From Methanobacteriaceae archaeon (GTDB lineage Archaea > Methanobacteriota > Methanobacteria > Methanobacteriales > Methanobacteriaceae): 30,114 bases of DNA. The first letter of the stretch is position 1. Each line of letters begins with the position of its first letter. A program made the translations under genes and the position numbers. The notes below the pieces were generated by a model that was given only the letters and a program-made list of their open reading frames with translations, was not told the origin of the DNA and made no database searches. The stretch lies in NCBI GenBank assembly GCA_003558085.1, contig PWMT01000068.1, forward strand, positions 1 through 30,114. The letters are read 5' to 3'. Positions 1 through 11,314 of the stretch are shown here, one piece after another.

Positions 1-95
1 AATTGGAAACTCTTTTCCAGGAATTGTTTACAAAAATAGGGGAAAAATATGATAAATTTCAATTAGAATTAAAACAGGATTATAAAAAAAGTTAG
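1..95 (+). CDS. 3' end of a CDS entering from the left edge (product unknown)
   Basis: Open frame from position 3 (LETLFQELFTKIGEKYDKFQLELKQDYKKS) to TAG at 93-95, converging on the stop of the 108..632 gene; too short to identify. Confidence 0.55.
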   Translation, partial: LETLFQELFTKIGEKYDKFQLELKQDYKKS

Positions 96-107
96 GAATT
101 AATTTTA

Positions 108-632
108 CTATTTTAACTCATACTCAAATTCCCAGAAAGGTTTTCCCTGTGATTCAACTTTATTCAAGTGTTCCATTTCATGTGAAACACCAAAAGCACT
201 GGATCCTGTAAACTTTAATGGTTTATGAATTTTTTTAAGACTGATTTTCAGATCCATAGGATTTAATATTGCTTCTAAAATATAATCACCATCCACTAAA
301 ACTTGGTATGGTCTTTGAACCAATTCCCTTTCATTTTTAGTACTGCATTTTTCCAGTCGATGAATTCGACCTTCTTGATTGAGAATTTTAGGCTCTATGA
401 ATAAATAAATCCTCTCTAAGGTGTATCCCAGTTGTTTTTTTTCATCATATCTGGTTATTTTTTCTTTAACAGCCATAACTTTTTTCGAGTTTTTTAATAC
501 GCTCCAATCACCCCCAAAGCGTATTGAAAATAGAAGGGGTAAAAAAGCATCTTCTGGTAATTGCAGTTTCTCAATAATCTGCTTTTCATTCAAACTGAAC
601 TTCAAGAGTTTTTTAAGATCATTAAATTCCAA
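108..632 (-). CDS. Peptide-deformylase-fold putative metalloprotein (archaeal, function unknown)
   Basis: IEPKIL..EG....LEKCS resembles PDF INPxI...EGCLS, followed by VQRP and HEMEHL (PDF HExDHL). TTG start with AGGTGA SD 4 nt upstream. Confidence 0.65.
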   Translation of the reverse strand: MEFNDLKKLLKFSLNEKQIIEKLQLPEDAFLPLLFSIRFGGDWSVLKNSKKVMAVKEKITRYDEKKQLGYTLERIYLFIEPKILNQEGRIHRLEKCSTKNERELVQRPYQVLVDGDYILEAILNPMDLKISLKKIHKPLKFTGSSAFGVSHEMEHLNKVESQGKPFWEFEYELK

Positions 633-785
633 TCGATCACCTGAAAATAAATAATATCATGATTGCTTTTAAAATTTAATAAATATAAAAAATTAAAAGT
701 TTAGAAGGTTTAATTCAAGAACCATGCTATAACTGCTAACCAATAAACATGCTATCCAACTGTTAAACTCAAAATAAATGCTAAC

Positions 786-2159
786 TTACGAATTATGGTC
801 CTCTATAGCTTCTTCTACTAATTCCAATATCGCTTCAGATAAATTACCATATTCTTTAGAGATAACCATAGGTATATTATCACAGTAGACTACTTCTAAA
901 CCCTCCTCAAGTGCTTCTTTAGTGGCCACATCCACTGCTGCAGCTTTAAGTTCGGTTAGCATTACATCCACTTTACTGATATATTTATCAATGTCTTTAT
1001 GGAGAAGGGTTCTATTAGAAAGATGAGGTGTAGTTCCAACAACTTTACAACCATATTCTTTTTCTAAGTGATCTACTAACACCTTTTTCACAAAATCAGG
1101 AGCAGTGGTAGCAAACAAAACATTTTTATTGGCAATATCTCCTAATGGTTTAGGCCTAAATACAGTGGGAATGATTTTAGCCTGGGGATTAATATCTTTA
1201 ACTAGATCTATTACATAATTAATTTTATCTTCATCAGCCATTGGTTCTTCACACATAGTTAATATAACTATATCAGCAAGACTAATTCTAAAAGGACCTA
1301 AAAAGTTTTCAATGTTCATCAAAGGTTGATTAACTCCCACCAGAACAATTTCTTTATCGGTTTTGATAGGGGGAATGGCTGCTCCACTGCCTTCCATGAT
1401 CAAAAAATTTGCATTGACATTATTGGCTAATTCAGCTCCTTTTTTCATATTAGTAATGAAAACATCACCTCCCATACCTCCGCCGCACCGACGGCAACCA
1501 ATAGTTAAAATACGGCTCATCAATGCACCTTCCCAATGATCAGATGCAGCGTGAACACCTTTATCAGACTGCCCCATTAAGTAATGTGGTGTGATTTCTA
1601 TTTCATGACCTTTCACAATTTCCGGGTTTTCTGGTCCGCCACGACCCATAGCTACTACACAGGGGTTATACTTTTTATTTATTACTCGGGCGGCATAGGC
1701 TGAAACCGCAGTTTTTCCAATCCGTTTACCAGTACCTAAAATTTTCAAGGATGGTTTTCGCAAAACATCATATTCAGTTAAAGGTTCAAATTTAAAATCA
1801 GGCCCTTCATAATTTATACCCCTAGCTAAAACTAATGAAGCAATTTTAAATCTCTGAGAATAGTCTAATACTGGTTCATCACTAAGATCCATTACCGAAT
1901 CAGGCTGATATTTTTCCATCATCTCCCCTATCAGCTTGTAAGGTATTTTATCTGGGTGGGGACCGAAATATACTGGCCTTCCCATGAGTTCTTCATATTC
2001 TTCCTCAGATCCTGATCTTAATTTTTCAGTACCGCCAATAAAAACAATGGATACAACCTCTACGTGTTCTATACTATCTAGTAAGTCTATAGCAGCTTTT
2101 GTGACGGGAAGATAGTGTTCTCCATCAACCAAACAAATCATTTTTTTCATTCTGGGCAT
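786..2159 (-). CDS. cpgS: Cyclic 2,3-diphosphoglycerate synthetase
   Basis: LVDGEHY N-terminus, [16 protein letters not shown]-loop-like motif, [33 protein letters not shown]; 457 aa. Confidence 0.93.
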   Translation of the reverse strand: MPRMKKMICLVDGEHYLPVTKAAIDLLDSIEHVEVVSIVFIGGTEKLRSGSEEEYEELMGRPVYFGPHPDKIPYKLIGEMMEKYQPDSVMDLSDEPVLDYSQRFKIASLVLARGINYEGPDFKFEPLTEYDVLRKPSLKILGTGKRIGKTAVSAYAARVINKKYNPCVVAMGRGGPENPEIVKGHEIEITPHYLMGQSDKGVHAASDHWEGALMSRILTIGCRRCGGGMGGDVFITNMKKGAELANNVNANFLIMEGSGAAIPPIKTDKEIVLVGVNQPLMNIENFLGPFRISLADIVILTMCEEPMADEDKINYVIDLVKDINPQAKIIPTVFRPKPLGDIANKNVLFATTAPDFVKKVLVDHLEKEYGCKVVGTTPHLSNRTLLHKDIDKYISKVDVMLTELKAAAVDVATKEALEEGLEVVYCDNIPMVISKEYGNLSEAILELVEEAIEDHNS

Positions 2160-2359
2160 TTTAACACCTACTACAAGACGATTTACTAACTTATTCTAGA
2201 ATCAATCTCTTATTATAAAAATTAGGATGAAATATCCTTTATATTTTCTGATAAATAGCCTCCTTAATATTAAGGAATAGAATAATGATTATTTTATAAA
2301 AAATAGGTTGAGAGAATAATAAGGAATGATAATTAAGATTTAAATCTTTTATTAAAATT

Positions 2360-2668
2360 TTATATAGCTTCTATTTGAAGATCGACTTTTATCAACTCTT
2401 TACGTGAACGTTTAGCTAATTCAGATAGCCCATTAACAACATTAGACGGCAAAATACCGGTATTTTCTTTGGCAATGATCTCTGATATTGCGCTGGACAA
2501 TACAAATATTGCGTATTTATGTTCTGCTTTTGTACGGTGTATGTGATGAGGACTTATATTCAAAGAAATATATTCTTCACATTCCGTTTTTATCTCATAT
2601 CCATTCTCTAGATATTTTAAAACATATACCAAAAATTGATGTAGTTGTATCATTTCATCCTTATACAT
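2360..2668 (-). CDS. UPF0058 family protein
   Basis: MYKDEMIQLHQFL and ISPHHIHRTKAEHKYAIFVL match the archaeal UPF0058 signature. Confidence 0.85.
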   Translation of the reverse strand: MYKDEMIQLHQFLVYVLKYLENGYEIKTECEEYISLNISPHHIHRTKAEHKYAIFVLSSAISEIIAKENTGILPSNVVNGLSELAKRSRKELIKVDLQIEAI

Positions 2669-3215
2669 TTTTACAGCCTCAAGTCTCCCCTAATAGATAT
2701 TATATTTTATCATATATACTTTTCATAGTGACTAAATGAGAATTAAAACGGATGAGAATATCGAATTTTTAAGATACTCTTATTTCCACTATTAGTTTAT
2801 GCAAACCACATAACATAAATTTTTCTTTGTTAAATGTCTTAAAATTATTAATACTCAATTTGCATATTTTTTATTGGTATAAAAACTATTGAAATAAAAT
2901 TTATAATTAACTAGATCAGAGATTTAGCACTTGATTCTAAACAATGAGCTTAAAATTTTTCATGCAATTTTAAGCTTGATAATAAAAAATCATATACTAT
3001 ATTCATCCTTAAAATATCAAGCTTATTTTTAATTATTTATTTGATGATCATTAATATTAAAATTAGTAAGTCTTTAGATTAATCTCAAGATCTTTACTTA
3101 TGATTAGGTTGATGGGTATTTAGAGCTTATCTTAAAATAATCTAATGGGCTTTAAAATATTAAGAATCATATATTATCCAATGATTGATGAAAAAGGAGT
3201 TATCCGAGGTATTAG

Positions 3216-4493
3216 ATGGAGATTATAGAATTTAAAAAAGAAGATGTTAAAGAACTGGTAAAAAGATCCCAGATTGATGTTGATCAGGTTATAGAAGATG
3301 TGCAGGTTATTATTGAAGATGTTAAATTGAAAGGAGACCTAGCTCTTAAGGATTATACTGAAAAATTTGACCAAGTTAATATAAACATTCTAAAAGTATC
3401 TAAAAAAGAGATTGAAGAAAGTTATAAAAGAGTAGAGCCAAACATCATCGAAGCTTTAAGCAAAGCTGCTTCTAATATTAAAAAATTCCACCTAGCCCAA
3501 ATACCTGAAGAATGGTTCATGGAAGTGGATGAGGGGATCCAAGCTGGTCAATTAGTTAGACCTCTAGAGAGTGTAGGTTGTTATATCCCAGGCGGTAGAG
3601 CTATTTATCCCTCCACCATACTCATGACTGTTATTCCTGCTAAAATAGCTGGTGTTAAAAGAGTAGTATGTTGCACTCCTCCCCAATCTGATGGTAAGGT
3701 GACCGATGCTGTACTGGTTGCTGCTGATCTCTCAGGGGCTGATGAAATATATAAAGTAGGAGGTGCTCAGGCTATTGCAGCTTTGGCTTATGGAACGGAA
3801 TCTATTCGACCTGTAGATAAAATAGTTGGTCCCGGTAATATTTTTGTTACCGCCGCCAAGAATTTGGTATATGGTGAAGTGGATATTGATTTTCCAGCCG
3901 GCCCATCAGAAGTATTAATTATAGCTGATCAGTTTTCCAATCCAGAATACATAGCTTTTGATCTTATGGCCCAAGCAGAACACGATCCTAATGCTTCTTG
4001 TGTGCTAGTAACTACAAGTGAAGAATTAGCTAATAAGGTGCATAATCAAATTCTCACAAACATTAAATATAGGGAAAGGAGGAATATTATAGAAGAATCT
4101 TTGGAAAAATATGGGAAAATTATTATTACCAGTTCCTTAGAAGAGTCTATCCATTTCTCTAATGAGTATGCCCCAGAACATTTGATTATTATGGCAGCAA
4201 ATCAGGAAAAAATTTTAAAAAAAATAAAAAATGCAGGATCCATATTTTTAGGTGATTTAACACCTGTCTCCTGCGGAGATTATGGTTCTGGAACTAATCA
4301 CGTTTTACCCACCGCAGGTTGTGCTAAGATGTATTCTGGACTTTCCACAGAATCCTTCATCAAAAAGCCCACTGTGCAAAAATTAAATGAAGAAGGCCTG
4401 CAAAAATTAAAAGAGGTAGTGATACCTTTGGCTGAATATGAAGGTCTTTATGCTCACGCAGAATCATTCCAAAAAAGATTAAAAAAAAAGTAG
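3216..4493 (+). CDS. hisD: Histidinol dehydrogenase
   Basis: [58 protein letters not shown]. Confidence 0.98.
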   Translation: MEIIEFKKEDVKELVKRSQIDVDQVIEDVQVIIEDVKLKGDLALKDYTEKFDQVNINILKVSKKEIEESYKRVEPNIIEALSKAASNIKKFHLAQIPEEWFMEVDEGIQAGQLVRPLESVGCYIPGGRAIYPSTILMTVIPAKIAGVKRVVCCTPPQSDGKVTDAVLVAADLSGADEIYKVGGAQAIAALAYGTESIRPVDKIVGPGNIFVTAAKNLVYGEVDIDFPAGPSEVLIIADQFSNPEYIAFDLMAQAEHDPNASCVLVTTSEELANKVHNQILTNIKYRERRNIIEESLEKYGKIIITSSLEESIHFSNEYAPEHLIIMAANQEKILKKIKNAGSIFLGDLTPVSCGDYGSGTNHVLPTAGCAKMYSGLSTESFIKKPTVQKLNEEGLQKLKEVVIPLAEYEGLYAHAESFQKRLKKK

Positions 4494-4571
4494 TAGAACT
4501 TTAGATGATAAAAGGACTCTTTATTTAGAGAAAAAGTAGTAGAACTTTAGATTAAGGACTCTTTATTTAGA
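4485..4571 (+). repeat. Imperfect tandem duplication (2 copies, ~45 and ~41 bp) including the hisD stop codon
   Basis: AAAAAGTAGTAGAACTTTAGAT-(GATAA / T)-AAGGACTCTTTATTTAGA at 4485-4529 and 4531-4571. Confidence 0.9.
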
Positions 4572-4611
4572 TATTAAAAAGTGATAATCGAAAATAATAT
4601 TGAGGTGAATC

Positions 4612-5934
4612 ATGTTGACAAATTCAGTGAACAATTGGAGAAGAACTAAATATTCTAGAGAAGTTAAACCAGAAATCAGTGGGGAGGAAGTCACCGTAAT
4701 GGGTTGGGCACATGAAATAAGAGATTTAGGTGGTATAATATTTGTATTGTTGAGGGATAGAGATGGCATCATTCAAATTACCGCTCCCAGTAAAAAGATA
4801 GATAAGGATTTATTTGAAAATTTAAGAAAAATCAGGAAAGAATCAGTTATAGCAGTTAAAGGAATAGTACAAAATTCACCTAAAGCACCTGGTGGAGTGG
4901 AAGTTATTCCCCATTCTTTAGCTGTTTTGAATGAATATAAACAGCCATTACCTTTAGACCCAACAGAAAAAGTAAGAGCTGAAATAGACACCCGACTTGA
5001 TTCCCGATTTTTAGATCTTAGAAAACCTGCGGTGAATGCTATTTTTAAAATAAAAAGTCGCATGCTACATTCCATAAGACTATTTCTCGAGGAGAATGAA
5101 TTTTTAGAAATAAATACTCCGAAATTAGTTGCATCCGCCACTGAAGGAGGCACTGAACTTTTCCCAATCACCTATTTTGAAAGAGAAGCTTTCTTAGGCC
5201 AAAGTCCCCAGTTATATAAGCAGATAATGATGTCTGCAGGATTTGATCGGGTTTATGAGATTGCGCCAATTTTTCGAGCAGAAGAACACGATACTTTAAG
5301 ACACCTCAATGAAGTGATATCCATTGATATTGAAGCTTCTTATATGAATCATGAAGATGTGATGGATATTCTAGAAAAATTAGTGGTTCAAGCTATTAAG
5401 GACGTGCGAAAAAATTGCTCTGCTCAGTTAGATGTTTTAGGACATGAATTAGAAATACCAGCTACTCCCTTTGAAAGAATCCGTTATGAAGACATGATAG
5501 ATCTGGTGAATTCTGAAGGTGTTTCATTAGATTATGGAGAAGATATGTCAAGGGCAGCTGAAAAGGCAATGGGAGAAATAATGGGTGGTTATTATTTTAT
5601 TATCGACTGGCCCTCCTCAATAAAACCATTTTATGTTATGCCTGATGAAAAAAATCCTGAAAAAAGTTTTTCCTTTGATTTGATGTACCGGGATTTGGAA
5701 ATTTCCTCAGGAGCTATGCGAGTACATAAACATGATTTACTGGTGGATCGAATTAAAAAACAAGGATTGAATGTTGATTCATTCGAAAAATATCTTGCAT
5801 CATTTGAATATGGAATGCCTCCCCATGCAGGTTGGGGTTTGGGAGCAGAGAGATTCAACATGAGTCTTACTGGAGTTAATAATATTAGAGAAACTGTTTT
5901 ATTCCCTAGAGATAGGCGTAGACTTACTCCTTAA
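4612..5934 (+). CDS. aspS: Aspartate--tRNA(Asp/Asn) ligase, archaeal, probably non-discriminating
   Basis: OB-fold [19 protein letters not shown], motif 2 FRAE, motif 3 [16 protein letters not shown]. His in GWAHE and Pro in KAPGG are the residues associated with non-discriminating enzymes. GAGGTGA SD. Confidence 0.97.
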   Translation: MLTNSVNNWRRTKYSREVKPEISGEEVTVMGWAHEIRDLGGIIFVLLRDRDGIIQITAPSKKIDKDLFENLRKIRKESVIAVKGIVQNSPKAPGGVEVIPHSLAVLNEYKQPLPLDPTEKVRAEIDTRLDSRFLDLRKPAVNAIFKIKSRMLHSIRLFLEENEFLEINTPKLVASATEGGTELFPITYFEREAFLGQSPQLYKQIMMSAGFDRVYEIAPIFRAEEHDTLRHLNEVISIDIEASYMNHEDVMDILEKLVVQAIKDVRKNCSAQLDVLGHELEIPATPFERIRYEDMIDLVNSEGVSLDYGEDMSRAAEKAMGEIMGGYYFIIDWPSSIKPFYVMPDEKNPEKSFSFDLMYRDLEISSGAMRVHKHDLLVDRIKKQGLNVDSFEKYLASFEYGMPPHAGWGLGAERFNMSLTGVNNIRETVLFPRDRRRLTP

Positions 5935-5964
5935 TAATGCATAAACTAAAAAAAAAGTGATTTA

Positions 5965-6609
5965 ATGTTCATGGGTGCATCCACAAAACAAGGGCATGAT
6001 ATTGCTCTTAAAAGCAGGAAAATAGTTAGATCCTTAATAGGTGATAAAACTAATCATCTTTCAGCCAAGGAGAAAACTATAGTGGAGAGAATTGTTCACT
6101 CCACCGCCGATGTAGAATATGCAGAGCTTTGCCAGCTGAGTAAAGATTTCGTGCAAAACAGTCTGTTATCTCTTAAAAATAATAGGGACATTCTCACTGA
6201 CATTAAAATGGTCTCTGTAGGGATTAATAAACATTCTGGAGAAGTTAAATGTTTTATTGATCATCCTGAAACTATTAAATTGGCTAAAGAATATGAAATA
6301 ACCCGTGCCGCTGCTGCAATGCAATATGCTGCTGAATCTAATTTTTCAGGAATGGTAGTAATCGGTAATGCTCCCACTGCTCTTTATAAGGTAATCGAGT
6401 TAGTTGAAAAAGGCCTTATGGATGTTGATTCAGTTATTGGTGTACCCGTTGGTTTTATTGGTGCTGCTGAAGCTAAAAATGCTTTAAAAAATACTAAAAT
6501 ACCTTACATGATTACGAAAGGTCCAAAAGGAGGAACACCTATAGCTGTAGCAGCAACAAATGCTTTAATAGGTTTAAATCAAGATAATTTAAAGGAGGAT
6601 CCTTTATGA
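5965..6609 (+). CDS. cbiC: Cobalt-precorrin-8 (precorrin-8X) methylmutase
   Basis: [52 protein letters not shown]. Confidence 0.95.
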   Translation: MFMGASTKQGHDIALKSRKIVRSLIGDKTNHLSAKEKTIVERIVHSTADVEYAELCQLSKDFVQNSLLSLKNNRDILTDIKMVSVGINKHSGEVKCFIDHPETIKLAKEYEITRAAAAMQYAAESNFSGMVVIGNAPTALYKVIELVEKGLMDVDSVIGVPVGFIGAAEAKNALKNTKIPYMITKGPKGGTPIAVAATNALIGLNQDNLKEDPL

Positions 6610-7868
6610 AATCAGAAACTTTATTTAAAAAGTCAAAAGATCTATTACCTGGTGGTGTTAGTTCTCCAGTAAGAGCTTTCCAACCTTATCCCTTTTTTGC
6701 CAAAGAAGGAATAGGATCACATTTATGGGATGTGGATGGTAAAAGATATATAGACTATTGTCTAGCTTATGGTCCATTAATTCTAGGACATGCTGCTCCA
6801 AATATTATAAATCCTGTTCATAATCAATTAAAAAAAGGTACAGCTTTTGGAGTTCCCACGGAAAATGAAATTGAACTGGCTAAAATTGTGGTTGATAAAG
6901 TTCCTTGCGCAGAAATGATAAGATTTGTTAATTCAGGAACTGAAGCCACTATGAGTGCCATAAGATTGGCTCGAGGTTTTACTGGTAAAAATAAAATTGT
7001 GAAGTTTGAAGGTTCTTACCATGGAGCCCATGACTATGTATTAGTAAAATCAGGATCCGGAGCAACCTGTTTACCAGATTCGGCTGGAGTTCCATCTAAT
7101 ACTACTGAAAACACTTTATCCGTACCTTTCAACGATGAAGAAGCCTTAATAGAATTAATTGAAGCACAGGGATTGGATATTGCTGCCATAATATTAGAGC
7201 CGGTGATGGGCAACATTGGATGTATAGAACCTAAACCCGGTTATTTGAAATTTTTAAGAGAAATAACCGTTGAAAATGATATTCTACTTATTTTTGATGA
7301 AGTAATTACTGGTTTCAGAATTTCTGAAGGAGGAGCCCAAGAATATTATGGAGTAATCCCAGATTTAGTTACTTTGGGGAAAATAATTGGTGGTGGATTT
7401 CCTATGGGAGCTTTTGCAGGATCTAAGGAAATTATGGAAAAAATTTCACCACTGGGGAATGTATATCAAGCCGGTACTTTCAATGGAAATCCAATTTCAA
7501 TTACTGCAGGATTAAATACTTTGAAACAGTTAGATAGTAATTTTTATATGGATATTAATAAAAAAGGTGAATTATTGAGAAATGGAATTAAGGATATTCT
7601 CCAAGACCTTAAACTAGAATTTAATTTGGCAGGTATAGGTTCCATGTTTCAGATTTACTTTACTGCAGAAGAAGTATATGATTATCAGGATGCTAAAAAA
7701 GCAGATGTAGATAAATTCATGACCTATTTCCATGAATTACTAAAAGAGAATGTATTCATTCCACCTTCCCAGTTTGAGTGTTGCTTCCTCTCCAAAGCCC
7801 ATAGCAGTACAGATTTAACAGATACTTTAACTAGTATGGAATCAGCCCTGAAGATGATCCTAGAATAA
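6606..7868 (+). CDS. hemL: Glutamate-1-semialdehyde 2,1-aminomutase
   Basis: [51 protein letters not shown] (PLP lysine), [16 protein letters not shown]. Overlaps the cbiC stop (ATGA). Confidence 0.98.
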   Translation: MKSETLFKKSKDLLPGGVSSPVRAFQPYPFFAKEGIGSHLWDVDGKRYIDYCLAYGPLILGHAAPNIINPVHNQLKKGTAFGVPTENEIELAKIVVDKVPCAEMIRFVNSGTEATMSAIRLARGFTGKNKIVKFEGSYHGAHDYVLVKSGSGATCLPDSAGVPSNTTENTLSVPFNDEEALIELIEAQGLDIAAIILEPVMGNIGCIEPKPGYLKFLREITVENDILLIFDEVITGFRISEGGAQEYYGVIPDLVTLGKIIGGGFPMGAFAGSKEIMEKISPLGNVYQAGTFNGNPISITAGLNTLKQLDSNFYMDINKKGELLRNGIKDILQDLKLEFNLAGIGSMFQIYFTAEEVYDYQDAKKADVDKFMTYFHELLKENVFIPPSQFECCFLSKAHSSTDLTDTLTSMESALKMILE

Positions 7869-7948
7869 TTTAATCACTATTTATACCTAATTTTTATTTA
7901 AAAAGAATAGTTATACTTTTAAACTAAGTTGTAATAGTTTATTTTAAT

Positions 7949-8662
7949 TTAAGTTAATATCAGCATAAAAAATAGATAAAGGAAGCCCATTATCATTAAA
8001 AAGATTATTAAAAAATATAAGTTAGGTTTAAAAATTAAAGAATCTGCTCCCTGTAACTGACCTTCAGTATGATTAGGCATCTTATCTTTGAGTGTCTTAG
8101 AACCGGTAAGCGATTCTCTTTTATTTTGTATGATACTTATGAATTTAGACTCCTCAGCAATGATGTTGTCTACTAATACTTCTTCATCATATAAATAGGT
8201 TTTTTCATGGTCAATAATATCTTGTAATAATTTTTTTTGCACTTGGATATCTTCTTCACTATTTTTTCCATCCATATCTTCCCATAAATACCATTTTGCT
8301 TTTTTTATATCGTCTAAAAGTTTTTCTTGAATTTTAAGTTTTTGAGATAATTCTTCAAACAATTTTTTTCGTTTTTCAGCCTTATTTTTTAAATTGATAA
8401 GTACTTTGTTAATTTCATCATCATCATCTGCTAAATAAATATTATCTTCTGCAGAAACTGCTTCTGGGAATTCATGAAACTCATTAATATCTGCATAATA
8501 AGATAATAGTCCTCCACATTCACAGTAGTCAAAATCAGAAGCTGATTCTCCTTCCTGTAACTGGTAATAACCATTACATTCCTTACATACTAAATATCCA
8601 TTAGTAGATATTCCAGAAGTATAAAATTCGGATAAAAACTCTTTTTTATCATTTGAGACCAT
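7949..8662 (-). CDS. Hypothetical protein: N-terminal Zn-ribbon-like motif, coiled coil, C-terminal membrane anchor
   Basis: [18 protein letters not shown]...YCECGG, charged helical middle, hydrophobic tail [31 protein letters not shown]. Confidence 0.8.
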   Translation of the reverse strand: MVSNDKKEFLSEFYTSGISTNGYLVCKECNGYYQLQEGESASDFDYCECGGLLSYYADINEFHEFPEAVSAEDNIYLADDDDEINKVLINLKNKAEKRKKLFEELSQKLKIQEKLLDDIKKAKWYLWEDMDGKNSEEDIQVQKKLLQDIIDHEKTYLYDEEVLVDNIIAEESKFISIIQNKRESLTGSKTLKDKMPNHTEGQLQGADSLIFKPNLYFLIIFLMIMGFLYLFFMLILT

Positions 8663-8872
8663 AAGATCTCCCCCTTTACTCCAATGTAAAATGATATTAT
8701 AGAGAGTTAAGAATTAAAGTTCATATATGAACCATATAATTATATATTAATTTTAAATATTAATAATTAACTATTAAAAACTCTTAGCATTGGTTTTAGA
8801 AATAAAACTATAAATAAAACTTAAATAGAAATAAACCGGAAAATTAGTACAGGTAAAAGAAGTTGATAGTTA

Positions 8873-9433
8873 ATGGATAAGAAAAAAAGTACTGAAAATA
8901 ATAAAAATAAAATAGAGACTTCAAACCATACCCCAACAATAATGATAGGCCTGATTGCAATTATATTTGTTTTAATAAGCTTAATCATTATATCAACACA
9001 TATTAACACTCCAGATAATGATATAACTGAGATAGAAGCAGAATATGTAGAAACAATTAATGCTTATTCTGCTAAATATGCCAGATTATTAGTAGAACAT
9101 GGTATGGATATAGATAATTTTTCTAAGAATAGATTAAGTGAAGCTGATTTATATAAAAACACTGCAAACCGGCAAAGAGAAGTAGAATATATTTTATGGG
9201 TCAGCAAATACATTAAACCCCCTAGAAGATTTAAAGAAACTCATGAGCTGGTTATAAAAGGATTAAGTCATGGCAACCAGTCATTTAATTATATAAATTA
9301 TTATTTAGAATCAAATGATCCAAGATTCTTAGAACTTGCCTCGCAAGAAAAGGAAACTGGATTAGAAACTATAACTAAAGCCAGACAAAAGCTGATATAC
9401 TATATTCCCCCAACCCAAATACTAAAACCATAA
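8873..9433 (+). CDS. Hypothetical membrane-anchored protein
   Basis: Basic N-terminus, one hydrophobic helix (IMIGLIAIIFVLISLIII), then a helical soluble domain; 186 aa. Confidence 0.75.
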   Translation: MDKKKSTENNKNKIETSNHTPTIMIGLIAIIFVLISLIIISTHINTPDNDITEIEAEYVETINAYSAKYARLLVEHGMDIDNFSKNRLSEADLYKNTANRQREVEYILWVSKYIKPPRRFKETHELVIKGLSHGNQSFNYINYYLESNDPRFLELASQEKETGLETITKARQKLIYYIPPTQILKP

Positions 9434-9781
9434 AAAATCATCTAAATAAATAATCCTTCGCAATTAGAGTTATTAATAACTGAAATTTGATTAGTTTCCT
9501 TATTATGCAATTTGCTTAAAAAAAAATAAAATAGCAGGATATTTATAAGTAAATAAGAACCATTTTTATCAATTTCAATAGCATAATCTTTAGGCCATTT
9601 TTTTCTTTAAAATAAAATCAGACTTGAATAAAACTATTTTAATTCTAAACTAGATTTAGATAAATTTTGAATAAAATTATAATAAAAAAAAGGACAAATT
9701 AAGAATAGAAATTTAATAATCTTTATAAATTAAATTCTTATTTTAAGTAATTAGCATAATTAATATCCAGAGCTGAAAAAT

Positions 9782-10480
9782 ATGGTTAAGATTGCAGCAG
9801 GCGTAGGAGAGAATAAAAAAATTATAGAAGCAGCTCAAAAAGCTAACTTTCCAGTAATACTAGTGCAAAGCGAAGAAAAACTTCTAGAAATGTTATTAGA
9901 CTCTGAAATTGATGCTGTGGTACGGGGATCCCTGAAGGCCTCTGCAATTATGAATTATTTACGTAATGAATATGGCCATACCATAAACCGGGCTTCTTAT
10001 ATTAAGATTGATGAGCATAAATTATTATTAGCACCAGTAGGTATTGATGAGGGTAAAAATATAGCAGAAAAATTACTTTTAGTAGACCAATGCTCTAAAT
10101 TTTTAAAAAAAATAGGGAAGACGCCAAAAATTGCAATTATATCTGGAGGAAGATCACAAGATCTAGGTAGAAGTCCCCACATTGATCAAACTATTAATGA
10201 CGGGGAAAAATTAGCCTCCATCATAAAGGATAAATATTTGGTAAAACATTATTATATATTAATAGAACAAGCCATCAAAGATAAATGTAATTTAATTTTA
10301 GCACCGGATGGTATATCTGGAAATCTGATTTTCCGATCATTAGTTTTAATTGCCTCCTTAAAGAGTTATGGTGCTATCACATTGGGAATAGATAAAATAT
10401 TCATTGACACCTCAAGAGAACAAAACACCGAGGGTTATTTACGTGCTTTGAATTTTGCTCACTATTTGACTAAAATATAA
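9782..10480 (+). CDS. mtxX: Methanogenesis marker protein Mmp4/MtxX
   Basis: [51 protein letters not shown]. Confidence 0.9.
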   Translation: MVKIAAGVGENKKIIEAAQKANFPVILVQSEEKLLEMLLDSEIDAVVRGSLKASAIMNYLRNEYGHTINRASYIKIDEHKLLLAPVGIDEGKNIAEKLLLVDQCSKFLKKIGKTPKIAIISGGRSQDLGRSPHIDQTINDGEKLASIIKDKYLVKHYYILIEQAIKDKCNLILAPDGISGNLIFRSLVLIASLKSYGAITLGIDKIFIDTSREQNTEGYLRALNFAHYLTKI

Positions 10481-10493
10481 GTTAGGAGAATAC

Positions 10494-11261
10494 ATGTCAC
10501 CTTTAAAACCTATTTACAAAATTTATGAATGGTATATATTACGTAATTTGAAAACAGAAAATATGCCCCGACATGTGGCCATTATAATGGACGGTAATCG
10601 ACGTTTTTCAAAAATGCAAAAAAAGATAGATGTAATAGATGGCCATAAAAAAGGTATTAAAACTCTAGAGGAAGTACTGGATTGGTGCGTGGATTTAGGT
10701 ATACAAATTGTAACGGTATATGCCTTTTCCACAGATAATTTCAATCGCAACCCTGATGAAGTCCAAGCATTAATGAAATTATTCCAGGAAAATTTTGAAG
10801 CCATAGCAAAAAATAAGAAAATACATGATAATGAAGTCCAGGTAAAGGCTGTGGGTAAACTGGAACTATTACCAGATAATGTCAGGAAGGCCATTAACCT
10901 GGCAGAAAAATCTACCTCCCATTATAAAAAAAGAAGAGTTAATGTTGCAATTGGTTATGATGGTCGTTTAGAAATTGTAGATGCTATCCAGAAAATAGCA
11001 ATGCAGGTGAAAAATGGAAGTTTAGATATTTCAGATATAGATAAAGATTTAGTAAACGATAACCTGTATACCGCAGGTTTAGAAGACCCTAACTTAATAA
11101 TTCGTACTAGTGGAGAAGAAAGACTAAGTGGTTTTCTATTATGGCAATCATCATATAGTGAACTATATTTTTGTGATATTTTATGGCCTCAACTAAGAAA
11201 AGTAGACTTTTTAAGAGCATTAAGATCTTACCACCAACGCGAAAGACGATTTGGTATTTGA
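10494..11261 (+). CDS. uppS: cis-Prenyltransferase (polyprenyl diphosphate synthase)
   Basis: [51 protein letters not shown]-terminus; AGGAG SD. Confidence 0.96.
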   Translation: MSPLKPIYKIYEWYILRNLKTENMPRHVAIIMDGNRRFSKMQKKIDVIDGHKKGIKTLEEVLDWCVDLGIQIVTVYAFSTDNFNRNPDEVQALMKLFQENFEAIAKNKKIHDNEVQVKAVGKLELLPDNVRKAINLAEKSTSHYKKRRVNVAIGYDGRLEIVDAIQKIAMQVKNGSLDISDIDKDLVNDNLYTAGLEDPNLIIRTSGEERLSGFLLWQSSYSELYFCDILWPQLRKVDFLRALRSYHQRERRFGI

Positions 11262-11314
11262 TAATTTTTATTTTATTTTAATCAGTAGCTAAAAATTTTT
11301 AAAGGAGCTATATA

